Below are positions 10,601-21,301 of a stretch of DNA of 47,777 bases, one piece after another. Source of the DNA: Octopus bimaculoides (lineage: Eukaryota); contig NC_068993.1 in NCBI RefSeq assembly GCF_001194135.2, forward strand, positions 5,549,052-5,596,828, read 5' to 3'. The notes beneath the pieces were generated by a model. That model had not been told where the DNA came from, made no database searches, and saw only the letters and a program-made list of their open reading frames with translations. Numbering within the stretch: the stretch's first letter is position 1; every line of letters begins with the position of its first letter. The translations under genes were made by a program, and so were the position numbers.

Positions 10601-13600
10601 TGGCAGAATCATTAGCGTGTTGGACAAAATGCACAGCAGCATTTCTTCTGACCTTCCGGCTCCTTAGGTTCTGAGTTCAAATCTTGCTGCAGCCAACTTT
10701 GCCTCTTTCCCTTTCAGGGTTGATAAAATAAAGTACCATTGAAGTACTTGTTGATGTAATTGAATGACCTCCCGTCCTCTCTAACCATTTTTTTTTTCTT
10801 TTAAAATCTTTTTCTCAATTTTTGTTTTGCCAGGGTTGAGCTTTTGAAGAATTCACCAATGATAGAGATGACACGTCGTAAAATACCCAAACATCAATTG
10901 GATCAAGGTAAAATATTTCTCTTCTATTTCTTCTTTACTTTTTTAAACTTCCTTCAATGTTGCCATGCTGTCGTCTACTCACAGGAAAATAATCTACATG
11001 TTGATGTTGTATGTGGCTAGAAGATAATGAAACATTTGAATGGTCAAAGTGAGCTAGAAGCAATCTAATTGCTTTATCCAGCTGACCATTTAGTCTTCAC
11101 TCCACCTATTATTTCTGAAAGGCACTCCAACCATAACCATCCCGTCAGTCTACTCTAACTTATGTGTTCTACCTTTGCAAGACAACAGGATGTGGTTGGA
11201 GGAGATTTCATAGCTATTTCTAGCATGTTAAAGGTACATGAGTTTGTGAGATAGTTAGCCACTTAAATGTCAATTCAGGAGCAGGTAATTCAGTATATCA
11301 AACAACAGATTCGCCATGTGTTTGTGCAAGAATGGAGTAAATTCAGTATTGTTTTTGAATAAATTTTTAAGTAGGCTCATGTTTTTCTTTCTTTTTGTTT
11401 TTTTAATAAAACTTATTTTATTTCTTTCAGTTCCTACTTTTTCATTGGAAGATGATGATGCCAAGAAAGCTGCTTTGAAAGAAGGTTCTACAACTTCAGG
11501 TGAGTGCAGATAATGGCCAGGTGACACCTTGATGATATTTAACCTTTTTGATACCTACCTGTTTGAAACTGCTCCTGGTCCTATAATGCAAGCTTTTATG
11601 TTTTAAAGAAATCTAACGTAAAATCTTCCATCAAAATTCTACATTAATGTACGTTCCAAGTACTGAAAGAAGCCCGTCATATATCATCATCATCATCATC
11701 GTTTAACGTCCGCCTTCCATGCTAGCATGGGTTGGACGATCTGACTGAGGACTGGTGAAACCGGATGGCAACACCAGGCTCCAATCTAATTTGGCAGAGT
11801 TTCTACAGCTGGATGCTATTCCTAACGCCAAGCGTGTGTCTGTGTTGTCTCCCCACCAATGCTTGACAACTGATGTTGGTGTATTTATGTCCCTGTAACT
11901 TAGCAGTTCGGCAAGAGAGACCGATAGAATAAGTACTAGGCTTACAAAGAATAAGTCCTGGGGTCAATTTGTTCAGCTAAAGACAGTGCTCCAGTATGGC
12001 TGCATCAAATGACTGAAACGAGTAAAAGAATATTTTTAGTTGAGGTGTGGCGCCGGATTTTGAAAAGAATATAAGTGTTGTGCAAGTGAAACAAGATTGC
12101 AGAGCACTGATCTAAATTAAAACCGTTTGTCAAAATTTCATATTATGTTCCAACATCAGCTTAATGACGACAAAGTTACAGGGAACTGAAATCATTGTTT
12201 TTATTTTTTTAAACAGATGGTCCAAGAGCAGTAGAGACGGTCGACCANNNNNNNNNNNNNNNNNNNNNNNNNNNNNNNNNNNNNNNNNNNNNNNNNNNNN
12301 NNNNNNNNNNNNNNNNNNNNNNNNNNNNNNNNNNNNNNNNNNNNNNNNNNNNNNNNNNNNNNNNNNNNNNNNNNNNNNNNNNNNNNNNNNNNNNNNNNNN
12401 NNNNNNNNNNNNNNNNNNNNNNNNNNNNNNNNNNNNNNNNNNNNNNNNNNNNNNNNNNNNNNNNNNNNNNNNNNNNNNNNNNNNNNNNNNNNNNNNNNNN
12501 NNNNNNNNNNNNNNNNNNNNNNNNNNNNNNNNNNNNNNNNNNNNNNNNNNNNNNNNNNNNNNNNNNNNNNNNNNNNNNNNNNNNNNNNNNNNNNNNNNNN
12601 NNNNNNNNNGCACCAACAGACGCAGATACTCAGGTGGCACCAACAGACGCAGATACTCAGGTGGCACCAACAGACGCAGATACTCAGGTGGCACCAACAG
12701 ACGCAGATACTCAGGTGGCACCAACAGACGCAGATACGCAGGTGGCACCAACAGACGCAGATACGCAGGTGGCACCAACAGAGGCAGATACGCAGGTGGC
12801 ACCAACAGACGCAGATACTCAGGTGGCACCAACAGAGGCAGATACTCAGGTGGCACCAACAGAGGCAGATACGCAGGTGGCACCAACAGAGGCAGTTACT
12901 CAAGTGGCACCAGCAGAGGCAGACACTCAGGAAACATCAGCAATAGTTGTCCCACAGGATGCAGGAGAGACAGTTATCCAAGAAACACCAGCTGCTGTCC
13001 CACAGGAGGCAGCAGAGACTTTCACCCTAGAAACACCAGTGATGGAACCACAAGAGATGAAGGAGACAGTTGCCCAGGGGGAAGTAATTGATGTCCCACA
13101 GGAAGTAGCAGAGATAGCTACCCAGGATGCATCTGGAATAGCCACCCAAGAAGCCCCAGTGACCACACTTGAGGAGACTGTGGAGGCTGATAGCCAAGTG
13201 TCAGCAGGGAAAGTTTTACAGGAATTGTCATCTGATGAATCTTCCCAACAAAATTCAGAGACAGAAAAATCCGACACAGAAAACATAGAACACGATGTGC
13301 CTTATTTCAGGAACCTTGTGGTATCGCAGACTGAAATACTAAACAACCTGTCTGATGTCTGGGAGACAGTTGTACCAACCCTCAGTGAAGAAGGTAAGAA
13401 AATAGATTGAATTTTTTCTTTTCACATTTATCAGAATTCCATTGCTACAGTTAGCACTGTATTTTGGACTCTTTGATTAAGAGATTATCACAGTTTATAT
13501 AGTATAAAATGTTAAAATGACAATAGGTTAAATGCCTTACCCTCTTTTATGTTTTATAAAACTTCATTAGACTTGTTTTGATATAGAAAAGGTCTTTTTA

Positions 13601-13806
13601 TTTGTGTGTGTGTGGAGGGACACAATTTCATATTAAACTTGCTCCAGACCTGTTTTCTTTAAGACTGTAAGGCAGTGTTTCTCAACCTTTTTACCGTTGC
13701 ATAACCCTTAGAATAAGTTACATGTCTCTAGGAACCCCTGCACAAAAATAATTATACTCTATATCTTTCTCATATTTTTTTCATCGTAATTCACATGGTG
13801 AATATC

Positions 13807-13877
<71 letters not shown>

Positions 13878-16800
13878 TGGTTGTTATATTGATAACATAA
13901 TAGGTTAGATAGGATAATGTCTGTATTACAATAACCAATAATATTTTGTGCATGTTTCATAATATTACAATCATGAAATTAGCGTTAGCTTATCTCACAC
14001 TTTGTTGTGGAACTCTAGGTTTGTGGGGAACCCTGCTGTAAGGTATGATTCAAGGGAAATATTTCTCGGTGCTAGTTTTAATTGGTTGAGCAATCATGTA
14101 GAGGTTTTTTTTATGTTGCTTGTGTTTTTTGTGAGAGTGTGTCTTGCTGCTGTCATCGATGGCTTTTCTCTGATTTCAGTTGAGGGTGACGTCCGCACAG
14201 TTATTGGTCAAGCTAAGCTGCTCATTTCACAGCGTTTCCATCAATTCATTGGTTTGGTTGACAACTGTGAATTTAACACTGGCGAGAAGACCACCACATG
14301 TGAAGATTTGCAAGGGTTTTGGGACATGGTAGATTTCCAGGTAAGGCATTTTTTTCTTTTACCTCCATAGTGTGGTTTTCACTAATGAAAAATTCTCTCT
14401 TCTACTACAATCACATGACTAATTACATTAAAAAACAAACACATTTCTTTCTCAAGTTTATAAGTAGCTTTCTTGTATTTTCTTTGAGGACTATGGCTAA
14501 AAATATGGTTTTCTTTTGCTAAGGTGGAAGATGTGAAGAAAAAGTTTGCTGATTTGCAGAAATTGAAAGACAACAATTGGCAGACAGAAGATATTCCATC
14601 GACCAAACCTGTCAAGAAAATCAAGAAAGCAAAGGTAAGAATCAATGTTGTTTAGTCCCCAAGTCAACCCTAGTCAGGCTGACTTGTCATCAAATGTATT
14701 CCATCCTTGACCATCCCATCTTTTTAAGGATTCATTATCTAATGTGCCCTTTTCCTTTCTAAGGGCATGATTTGAAAAATTTTTGTTTTCTAATAAGTCA
14801 AAGGATAACATGGAGACTTCTCAAAAATTCCCCCATCACCACTGTTTGACAACTGGTGTTGGTGTGTTTATGTCCCCATGACTTAGTGGTTCGGCAAAAG
14901 ATACTGATAGAATAAGTACCAGGCTTAAAAAATAAGTACAGGAGTCGATTTTTTCAACTAAAAATTCCAATGACTGAAACAGGTAAAAGATAAAAGACGT
15001 GTTTTGATTGATGGTTAAATGACATTGTTGAATTAAATTACTATTATCTCCTGTTTGCAATTTTTTTTTTCTCAGCCTGTTCCATCCAAGGTTTCAAAAG
15101 CGAAAGGAAAATCAAAATTTGCCCAATTTCTGGCACAGAAGAAGAAAGTTGCAGATAATTCAACTGGAGGCGATGCTGAAGAAGCAGAGAAGGAAGAATC
15201 GGTTAAAGTATTTGATGGCCACTTCTTCAAAGTGGAGAGTCCAGTTCGATCACCAAAGCCGCATTGTTTGGGTAAGATTTCCTTCCTTCAAGCCTGCGTT
15301 TTCTATTGTAAAACTGAAATATTTTCACTCGCTTTTTTTTAATATCATCATTATGGAAGATGATTGACACTATTACGTTAAGTGATACTTGGAAATATCA
15401 GGGTTAATGACAGGAAGGGCATCCAGCCACAGAATACCTGCCTCAATAAACTCCATCTGACTCATGCAAGCATGAAAAAGTGGATGTTAAAATAATGATG
15501 ATGGGATTTTTGCAGTTTCCATCATCATAATATCTGCTTTACCATATTCCCTCACAAGCATCGGTTGGCTTTGGGACTGTAGTAAAAGACATCCAAAGTG
15601 CTGTGCAGTGGAATTGATCCTTGAACCCCATATTTGCAATGTGAAATTCTTGCCATGCTTATACTTACGTTGGGGTTAAAAAAAAAAGAATTTTAGTCTG
15701 TTTAAATTGTTCTTAGCTTTTGGATTAAATAAATTCTTTGAATTTTTTTATTTTCAGATTCCCCCCGCAGTCCAGTTGTCATGCCAGTTTTCACAGAGAC
15801 AACTCAGGAACGGTCAACAGACATCCAGGCTGATATTCATGAGAAAGATAACTCAGACGATAAAACGTTTCAAACAGTTGAGATAGAACCAAAGGATAAA
15901 GAAACTGAGCAGACAGTTTCTTCTCAGAATTCTTTCGACTCGGCAAAGGTAACACCTTTGGTTACAAGACGTAGCTATGTTCCAACTGTACCCAGCCCTC
16001 TCCTTCAAGATATAACTCCTGTGAGAAAGAGAACATCGACAAACCGGCGTTCACGTCTGCTCGGTGAGACAGTGAACACACCAGACAACTGTCAGCTAGT
16101 ATTGTCATCTGCATCAGTTGAAAAGGTTGAAAATGATGAAGTGTTTGTCCTCCAATCACCACCAAGGTTTGTATTTGATCATTTTATTGATTTATTGATT
16201 TATTTTCTAAAATTTTCAAGCAAAATGGGGATGAGCAGGTGAAACAATGTCTAGATTAACGGCTTGTGTGTCTTAATGCATAAAAGATGTCTGCCAATCC
16301 AGTTTAATTAGTTCCATACATTACAGATATGGAATCATACTTGGCTGTTCTTATGTTTATTTCCACCCATCTTCCATTGAGCTATACTCAATCCTTGTCT
16401 CCACTCATCCTCAATTGAGCCCTTCTCAGCTAGTCCTTATACTCACTACTACTTGTGTTCCAATGAGTTGCTCTCAAACTTGGTCAGTTCCTTTACATTG
16501 TTTCCTTGTAAGCTTAGAACCAAAAGATTTTGAAGAAAATTAATTCAGTTTACTTTTGTTGTTTTTCCTAAAGCAGAAGACGTTCTCAGAGAGTCAGCCG
16601 GAGACTTTCTGCAATGGAATCATTTCCCAAATCGCCCAGTAAAGGTAGGTGGCATTAGTTTATTATTGTACTTCCCACCCAACGTTTGTCTCCTTCTCCA
16701 ACTGGGATTGCCTTGTATCTCTTCTACAACAAGACTCCTATCTCTATTTTTCTATTCTTTTAATATCTCATCAACCAGTACAAAGCCACCTCCCTCATTA

Positions 16801-19800
16801 CTACTCCCCACCAGTCAAGGAGACTTTGTCTTTGCTGGTGCCACGTAAAAAGCACTCAGTACACTCTGGAAAGTAGTTGGTGTTAGGAAGGGTATATGGC
16901 TGTAGAAACCATGCCGAAACAGACAATAGAACTTAACATAACCCCACTAACTTGCCAGCTCTTATCAAATCATCCAATTCTTGCCAGCATGAAGAACAGA
17001 CATTAAATCTTGATGGTGATGATGATACACACTGACACACACACACAGGGTGTTGCAAATAAACTTTGGTTTTACCATTTGGGATAAAGGTTTCCACAAC
17101 AAATGCATGGTGTTCATTAATCCAAACCATGACTGTAATTGAAAAAAAAAATAGCATTAAAACATTTTCTTCATGAAAACACTATTTTTATCTCCCTAAC
17201 TTCACTAGGGCCACAGCAATGGGTATGTAAAACCTGGGAAGTTTTTCGGCTGCATTCTGTGTGTGTGTGTGTGTTTTCATCCTGTTTTTATTACTTTAAA
17301 ATTCAAAATGTAATGTGTATTTTCTGTTAAATTTTTATTCAGATTCTACAAACACCGAAGATTGTGTACCGATTGGACAGCTGGTTGATTTGTCTGAACA
17401 TGCCAGTCCTAATTGTGAAAGTACCCTTGAGAAAAAGACCCCGGTAACAAAAAGAAGGTCCAGGGCTAAGGGTAAGTAAAACCTAATCATCCCTTAAGGC
17501 AATGATTAATTTAGGAGAAACAGTGTGAAGGTGTGGTGTTTGTTAATTAAGGTACAGTGATTGTTGGGTTGTAATATGGGTCAACCTATCACTCAGTTAA
17601 TGAGTTACAGCCCAAAACCAATCACGTTGTTGTTGAGGATGGTGGTGGTGCTGTAAGAATTAAAAACGGTGTGATAAAATTTTTGTAAAATTTAAGATCG
17701 TTTTAAACTTGTCTAACACTGAACCAGAAATGTTCACACAATATGCCTTTGATGATCTGAATTATTGTCCCTGGACCTGTGCAACAGATATGCTCTCCAT
17801 AAGGCTCTCCAGTGCATGTACCAAATATGCATTTCAACCATTGGGTAGCTGGAATCGAAGTTGGAGTCTGAAACAATTAAGGGGTAGCTGGAGTCGGTAA
17901 AACTATATTGACTCTGATTCTGACTCATAATATCTTTATTCTTTAATATAAACCAGTTATAACATATAGGCCTACTCAAACTGCGAGTGTATGCATATGC
18001 TTTATGGGATATGTAGACCACAATCAATTAATTACATAAAGAGGAGTCAGAGTCGGAGGTGCCAATAGTACAGGAGTCGGAGTTGAAGTTTTTTTGTTTC
18101 GACTCCTCAGCCCTGATTTCAGCTATGATGTTCCCAGCTTCATACTGAACATATTCCACATATCTATCTATCTATTTCTAGCAATTCCAGTGACTGTAGT
18201 GACTCTTGTTTGCATAAATGTTTTCGTCTGTACGCTTTAAAACAAAAATGTCTCAAATTCATCTGAAACCTCTTAAACAGTAATTTTTCATTCTTTGAAA
18301 CAGTGACGCCTGGGGTTCAGAGTGGTAGTCGTCGTTCCACACGGATTGCAAGACTGTCTGTGTTCCATGTTGAACCATGTTCTACAAAAGTTGAGAATCA
18401 TGCAGATATGAATCTGATAGACTTTCAGACACCCATGACATCAAAGAGGTAAGCCGTTTCTCTAAATGTACATATGTATCCTCAGCCAAATCGTCCAACC
18501 CATGCTAGCATGGAAGGCAGACGTTAAACAAAGATGATGATGTATGTATGCTTGGGAGTGTTTCTGCCTTATCTTCCTCTTTAGCTTTTGTTTTATATAT
18601 ATATAAAATACATATTAAATACAGGACATCACCAGCAAGCGAAAAATACATAAACACATGAGAGATAAGTATGGGACAAAATACCAAAAGAAGTTAACTC
18701 CTCGTCAGTTGTCGACTGTTTTACTACTCTTTATTTGTCGTTGAAAGCATGAAATAGGGAGTAGTAAAATGGTCGACAACTGACAAGGGGTTAACTTCTT
18801 TTGGTATTCTGTCATGTACTTATCTCTTGTGTGTTTATATATTTTTCACTCGTTGATGTCCTGTACTTATTTATAATTGAATGCCATGCAGCATTGTCCA
18901 CAATAAGTTCATATATATATGTGTGTGTGTTGTGTGACGTGTACTTCTATTGAAGTGCAGACAGAATATGGTCATACCAAAGATAAATCTGGAAACACTA
19001 GGTGTTGATATTTTGGTCTCAGATGAAATAACATAAGAGCTAGATCCAAAGGTAGATTATACATTTCATATTTGTTAAACATGTGTTGGAAGAGAAGATA
19101 AATGAACACATAAAGTGATGATATTTCAATAATGTTCTTATCTTTTCTTTTTCTCTTTGCTGTAGGAAAAGTTTGAAAAGACCAAAGTCTGTGGCATTTG
19201 CAGATTGTGTTACAGAGGAGGAGGGGAACTGCTCAAGTGAGTGAAAACTTTATTGCAATTGTGATTGGGGGTACCCTTAGCTTTGCAAGTACCAGTTGCG
19301 TAGTGGGGTCAATCTAATCGACTAGCCCCCCCCCCCCATTTCAGGCTTTGTATTTCTTCCAGTGCTTTACTATTTGAGTTCAAATCCTGCCATGGTCATG
19401 TTTGCTTGGACCTTGTCATCGATGTGTACTTGCAACTGGTCACATACCTAGATGAGATTTGTCACCTCTGATAGAGGAAACAAATGCAAACAGCTGCTGG
19501 GCTGAATAAATAATCCAGTATATGCAACTGAAGCAGAAACAGCCATTTGCAAGATATAGTAAGATTTTGTCCAAGACAACTTGCCTGCCAGCATTGTATA
19601 TACAATCATTCATAGACATCTGTAAAAATGAAAGTTATAGTTGTTTTGTGAAGCCAATCTAAATTCAAGAATATTTTAGAAATATAATAACGAAAGGATT
19701 AAATAACTGCAACCATTTTTGATGAGCTCTTTAAGACTTTTATTTTTGTTTTAGTTCCCAACATTTGCCATTTGTCTCAATGATTGATTTGCCTTGTGAG

Positions 19801-20918
19801 TTAGTGTACAGTTTTTAAAGAAGTTATAATCTTATTTATTTATTTTTCTTTTGATTAAAGCATCTGCAGGTGATTTGACCACAGTATTATGTCCCATCAG
19901 CCCAAATGTTGATTGTACAGAGACCATAGAGCAGAACAGCAAAAAACTACAGAGATTTGGAAAACTGAAAGTTGGCTATACACCAATTCGTTCTGTAAGT
20001 TTGCTGTGTTTATATATTTGCCTGTCTGGGGTAGGTTGTATTGAGGTTAGAGGTGAGACACGGAAAAAGAAAACAATCCGAAATACTTCAGTTTTAGAAG
20101 ACTGCTTCATAAATATAATGTTTATGCTCGCCCTGTAGTTTGATATCAAAACATACATAAAGCATAAGCATACTTCATATTGCATCAAAGTTCTTCTTCC
20201 TGGGGCTTGTTAATAACAAAAACCAATCAATTATTGAAGTCAGATTAATTAACTATGCCCTCCCTTTAAAATACTGTCTCTGTGTACATGGAGCTACTAT
20301 GGCACATCTTTCGCAACATACAGACAGCATCACAACATTTAGCTTGTTTTGTTCTTTGTAAGAAATTATTGTATAAGCACCAAGATTGAAATGCTGGAAA
20401 ACTATTTTAGGTTACTTAATTTTTGCCCCTTCACTGTTCCGACCCCATTTGTATTCCTTTTGCCTTCCATTCTTTTGTGGGTTGGTCTAATAATTAACAG
20501 GTATGCATATTCTGGAAAACCTGACCAAACAAATTTTCTGAATTGGATCTTGTGAAGCCAATCTCTTCTCTGAGGATGCAGCTTGGGTGGTAGTTCATGT
20601 TGGTCAGCCACTTGTCTCTTGGTCAGAGTAGAGGAAGTGTCTCGCAAACAGGGGACTGACTGAGATACTGCTTTGTTACCCAGGACAACCCCGAGCAAAT
20701 ACCAACAAATGGGGGATGCAACAAAGCGCTACAACAGCACACACCCCCACACCTGATTTGACCTATATGCCGGGGTCTTTTTGGTTAGATTTACCCAATC
20801 CTTGTTTGTAGCTTTGTAACAAATCATTATTTTTGACATTTTTATCTATCTTTTTTTTTTCTTGTTTCCACAGCGGCAAAACCGGAGAAGTTCTCAACAG
20901 ATGGAGGAAGACAACTGA
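4438..20918 (+). CDS. DLGAP5: Disks large-associated protein 5 (HURP/Mars)-like, full spliced CDS, 18 exons, about 1260-1380 aa depending on gap content
   Basis: Exons 4438-4693, 7532-7695, 8530-8905, 9438-9672, 9835-10164, 10834-10907, 11431-11499, 12217-13393 (contains N gap), 14180-14340, 14524-14634, 15076-15271, 15758-16166, 16574-16644, 17343-17471, 18304-18448, 19166-19236, 19861-19994, 20874-20918. All GT-AG with matching phases. GKAP domain (VRTVIGQAKLLISQRFHQFIGLVDNCE...DLQGFWDMVDFQVEDVKKKF) plus DLGAP5-type motifs MLQKWKEEK, SFVPGNFVF and VFDGHFFKVESP. Confidence 0.87.
5812..5963. mobile_element. Small inverted-repeat element (MITE-like)
   Basis: aacggtactacttaaatac / gtgtttaaatagtaccgtt. 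Confidence 0.4.
7532..7695 (+). CDS. DLGAP5: DLGAP5 exon 2
   Basis: tatag|GC; NERLKMLQKWKEEKELQRK...; AAG|gtaac. Confidence 0.85.
7775..7995 (+). mobile_element. Degenerate Merlin/ISXO2-like transposase fragment (DLGAP5 intron 2)
   Basis: GMLNGDNAPLFEDSDAKQRNDRNHGYRIDGPRVFGLKQGSGC*YFCVE, then frameshift DGNSLIPIIERECEKG; resembles ISXO2-like DDE motifs RIDGPWVFG and TL.PII.RE. Confidence 0.6.
8006..8410. mobile_element. Composite SINE cluster
   Basis: Reverse SINE head plus ggttggcattaggaagggcatcca...gatgatgat family. Confidence 0.7.
8530..8905 (+). CDS. DLGAP5: DLGAP5 exon 3 (Thr/Arg-rich)
   Basis: acag|ATGAAA; open frame to ATT G|gtaagt. Confidence 0.8.
8960..9390. mobile_element. SINE cluster
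   Basis: Family ending ccatgctagcatggaaaacggatgatgatg, plus reverse head. Confidence 0.75.
9438..9672 (+). CDS. DLGAP5: DLGAP5 exon 4
   Basis: ttacag|AA; ...SFVPGNFVFTAPENLQTY...; AG|gtatgt. Confidence 0.85.
9722..9812 (-). mobile_element. Partial piggyBac-like MITE
   Basis: Ends aatgctaaaggTTAA; interior is the reverse complement of 36760-36830. Confidence 0.55.
9835..10164 (+). CDS. DLGAP5: DLGAP5 exon 5
   Basis: tttcag|A; TSDSPTKNVESK...PQSPEE; TG|gtaagt; 330 nt open. Confidence 0.8.
10490..10770. mobile_element. SINE cluster
   Basis: catcatcat tail plus ggcagaatcattagc head. Confidence 0.65.
10834..10907 (+). CDS. DLGAP5: DLGAP5 exon 6
   Basis: gccag|G; WVELLKNSPMIEMTRRK; G|gtaaaa. 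Confidence 0.8.
11431..11499 (+). CDS. DLGAP5: DLGAP5 exon 7
   Basis: tttcag|TT; PTFSLEDDDAKKAALKEGSTTS; G|gtgagt. Confidence 0.75.
11690..12030. mobile_element. SINE cluster
   Basis: Inverted relative to 9160-9285; near-identical to 38600-38735. Confidence 0.8.
12217..13393 (+). CDS. DLGAP5: DLGAP5 exon 8 (27-bp repeat exon, interrupted by assembly gap; could be two exons)
   Basis: aaacag|AT GGT CCA...; after the gap, (VAPTDADTQ)n leads into the GKAP N-terminus HDVPYFRNLVVSQTEILNNLSDVWE; G|gtaaga. Confidence 0.75.
12610..12927 (+). repeat. Coding 27-bp minisatellite, 11 full units plus a partial unit, extends into N gap
   Basis: Unit caggtggcaccaacaga(c/g)gcagatac(t/g) = QVAPT(D/E)ADT. 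Confidence 0.95.
13673..14098. mobile_element. hAT (Charlie-type) non-autonomous element containing (TA)n
   Basis: Left end cagtgtttctcaacc; degenerate right end ggttgagcaatcatg; right boundary uncertain. Confidence 0.4.
14180..14340 (+). CDS. DLGAP5: DLGAP5 exon 9 (GKAP core)
   Basis: tttcag|TT; EGDVRTVIGQAKLL...GFWDMVDFQ; CAG|gtaagg. Confidence 0.92.
14524..14634 (+). CDS. DLGAP5: DLGAP5 exon 10
   Basis: gctaag|; VEDVKKKFADLQKLKDNNW; AAG|gtaaga. Confidence 0.88.
14815..14995 (+). mobile_element. SINE fragment
   Basis: gatagaataagtaccaggctt body. Confidence 0.7.
15076..15271 (+). CDS. DLGAP5: DLGAP5 exon 11
   Basis: ctcag|; KSKFAQFLAQKKK...VFDGHFFKVESP; G|gtaaga. Confidence 0.88.
15758..16166 (+). 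CDS. DLGAP5: DLGAP5 exon 12
   Basis: tttcag|AT; SPRSPVVMPVF...LQSPP; AG|gtttgt. Confidence 0.8.
16574..16644 (+). CDS. DLGAP5: DLGAP5 exon 13
   Basis: taaag|CAG (tandem NAG acceptor); RRRSQRVSRRLSAMESFPKSPSK; G|gtaggt. Confidence 0.75.
17343..17471 (+). CDS. DLGAP5: DLGAP5 exon 14
   Basis: attcag|AT; STNTEDCVPIGQLVDLS...KRRSRAK; G|gtaagt. Confidence 0.75.
17846..18115. mobile_element. hAT-like MITE with GGAGTC subterminal repeats
   Basis: Repeated ggagtcgg/gactc(c/t)g motifs; right end cgactcctcagccctg; left end eroded. Confidence 0.5.
18304..18448 (+). CDS. DLGAP5: DLGAP5 exon 15
   Basis: aaacag|TG; TPGVQSGSRRSTR...NLIDFQTPMTSK; AG|gtaagc. Confidence 0.75.
18616..18869. mobile_element. 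Foldback MITE (about 120-bp arms) in DLGAP5 intron 15
   Basis: taaatacaggacatca...ttactactctttatt / aatagggagtagtaaa...tgatgtcctgtactta, short loop. Confidence 0.8.
19166..19236 (+). CDS. DLGAP5: DLGAP5 exon 16
   Basis: ctgtag|G; KSLKRPKSVAFADCVTEEEGNCS; A|gtgagt. Confidence 0.72.
19861..19994 (+). CDS. DLGAP5: DLGAP5 exon 17 (alternative in-frame acceptor at 19870)
   Basis: GDLTTVLCPISP...GYTPIRS; TCT|gtaagt. Confidence 0.72.
20874..20918 (+). CDS. DLGAP5: DLGAP5 terminal coding exon 18
   Basis: strong polypyrimidine tract, ccacag|CGG; RQNRRSSQQMEEDN*; AATAAA at 21257-21262. Confidence 0.7.
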   Translation, partial: RQNRRSSQQMEEDN

Positions 20919-21301
20919 GATACTTCGAGTTCCTGCAACACTTATTTTCCATTCAAAATAATACACAAGGCCCTCCATATTTTCTCTAGAAATAGTTTCC
21001 AAACAAAATATGGGAACCTTCAATACATTTGTCACAGTGTGAATGGGTATGAATGTGAAAGATAAATGTGACTCTTGATTGATGAGTGATTGAAATCCCT
21101 TCTTTTTAAAGAAGAAAATACCCCAGATTTTTTTTTTTTTTACAAAATTACGAAACAAACTAGATGTTTTCTCAAAACACTGTATTCATAAAATAACACC
21201 ATTTTCTAAATGTACATATGCTTTTTTTATTTTTTATTTTAAATTAAACATTATACAATAAAAGTTATGCTTTCTGCAGGAAAATGCTCTGGCATGAAAA
21301 T

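Noticed and set aside
12610-12927. CRISPR-like array
   Set aside because: Contiguous tandem units with no unique spacers, in a eukaryotic coding exon.
12130-12946. ORFs (HQQTQILRW)n, (CWCHLSIC)n and (VPPEYLRLL)n
   Set aside because: Shadow frames of the 27-bp repeat; only the APTDADTQV frame continues into the GKAP domain and a valid donor.
20763-21158. 131-aa minus ORF considered as NDUFC2 last exon
   Set aside because: It is antisense to the DLGAP5 terminal exon and UTR; the true NDUFC2 C-terminus is at 21351-21302.
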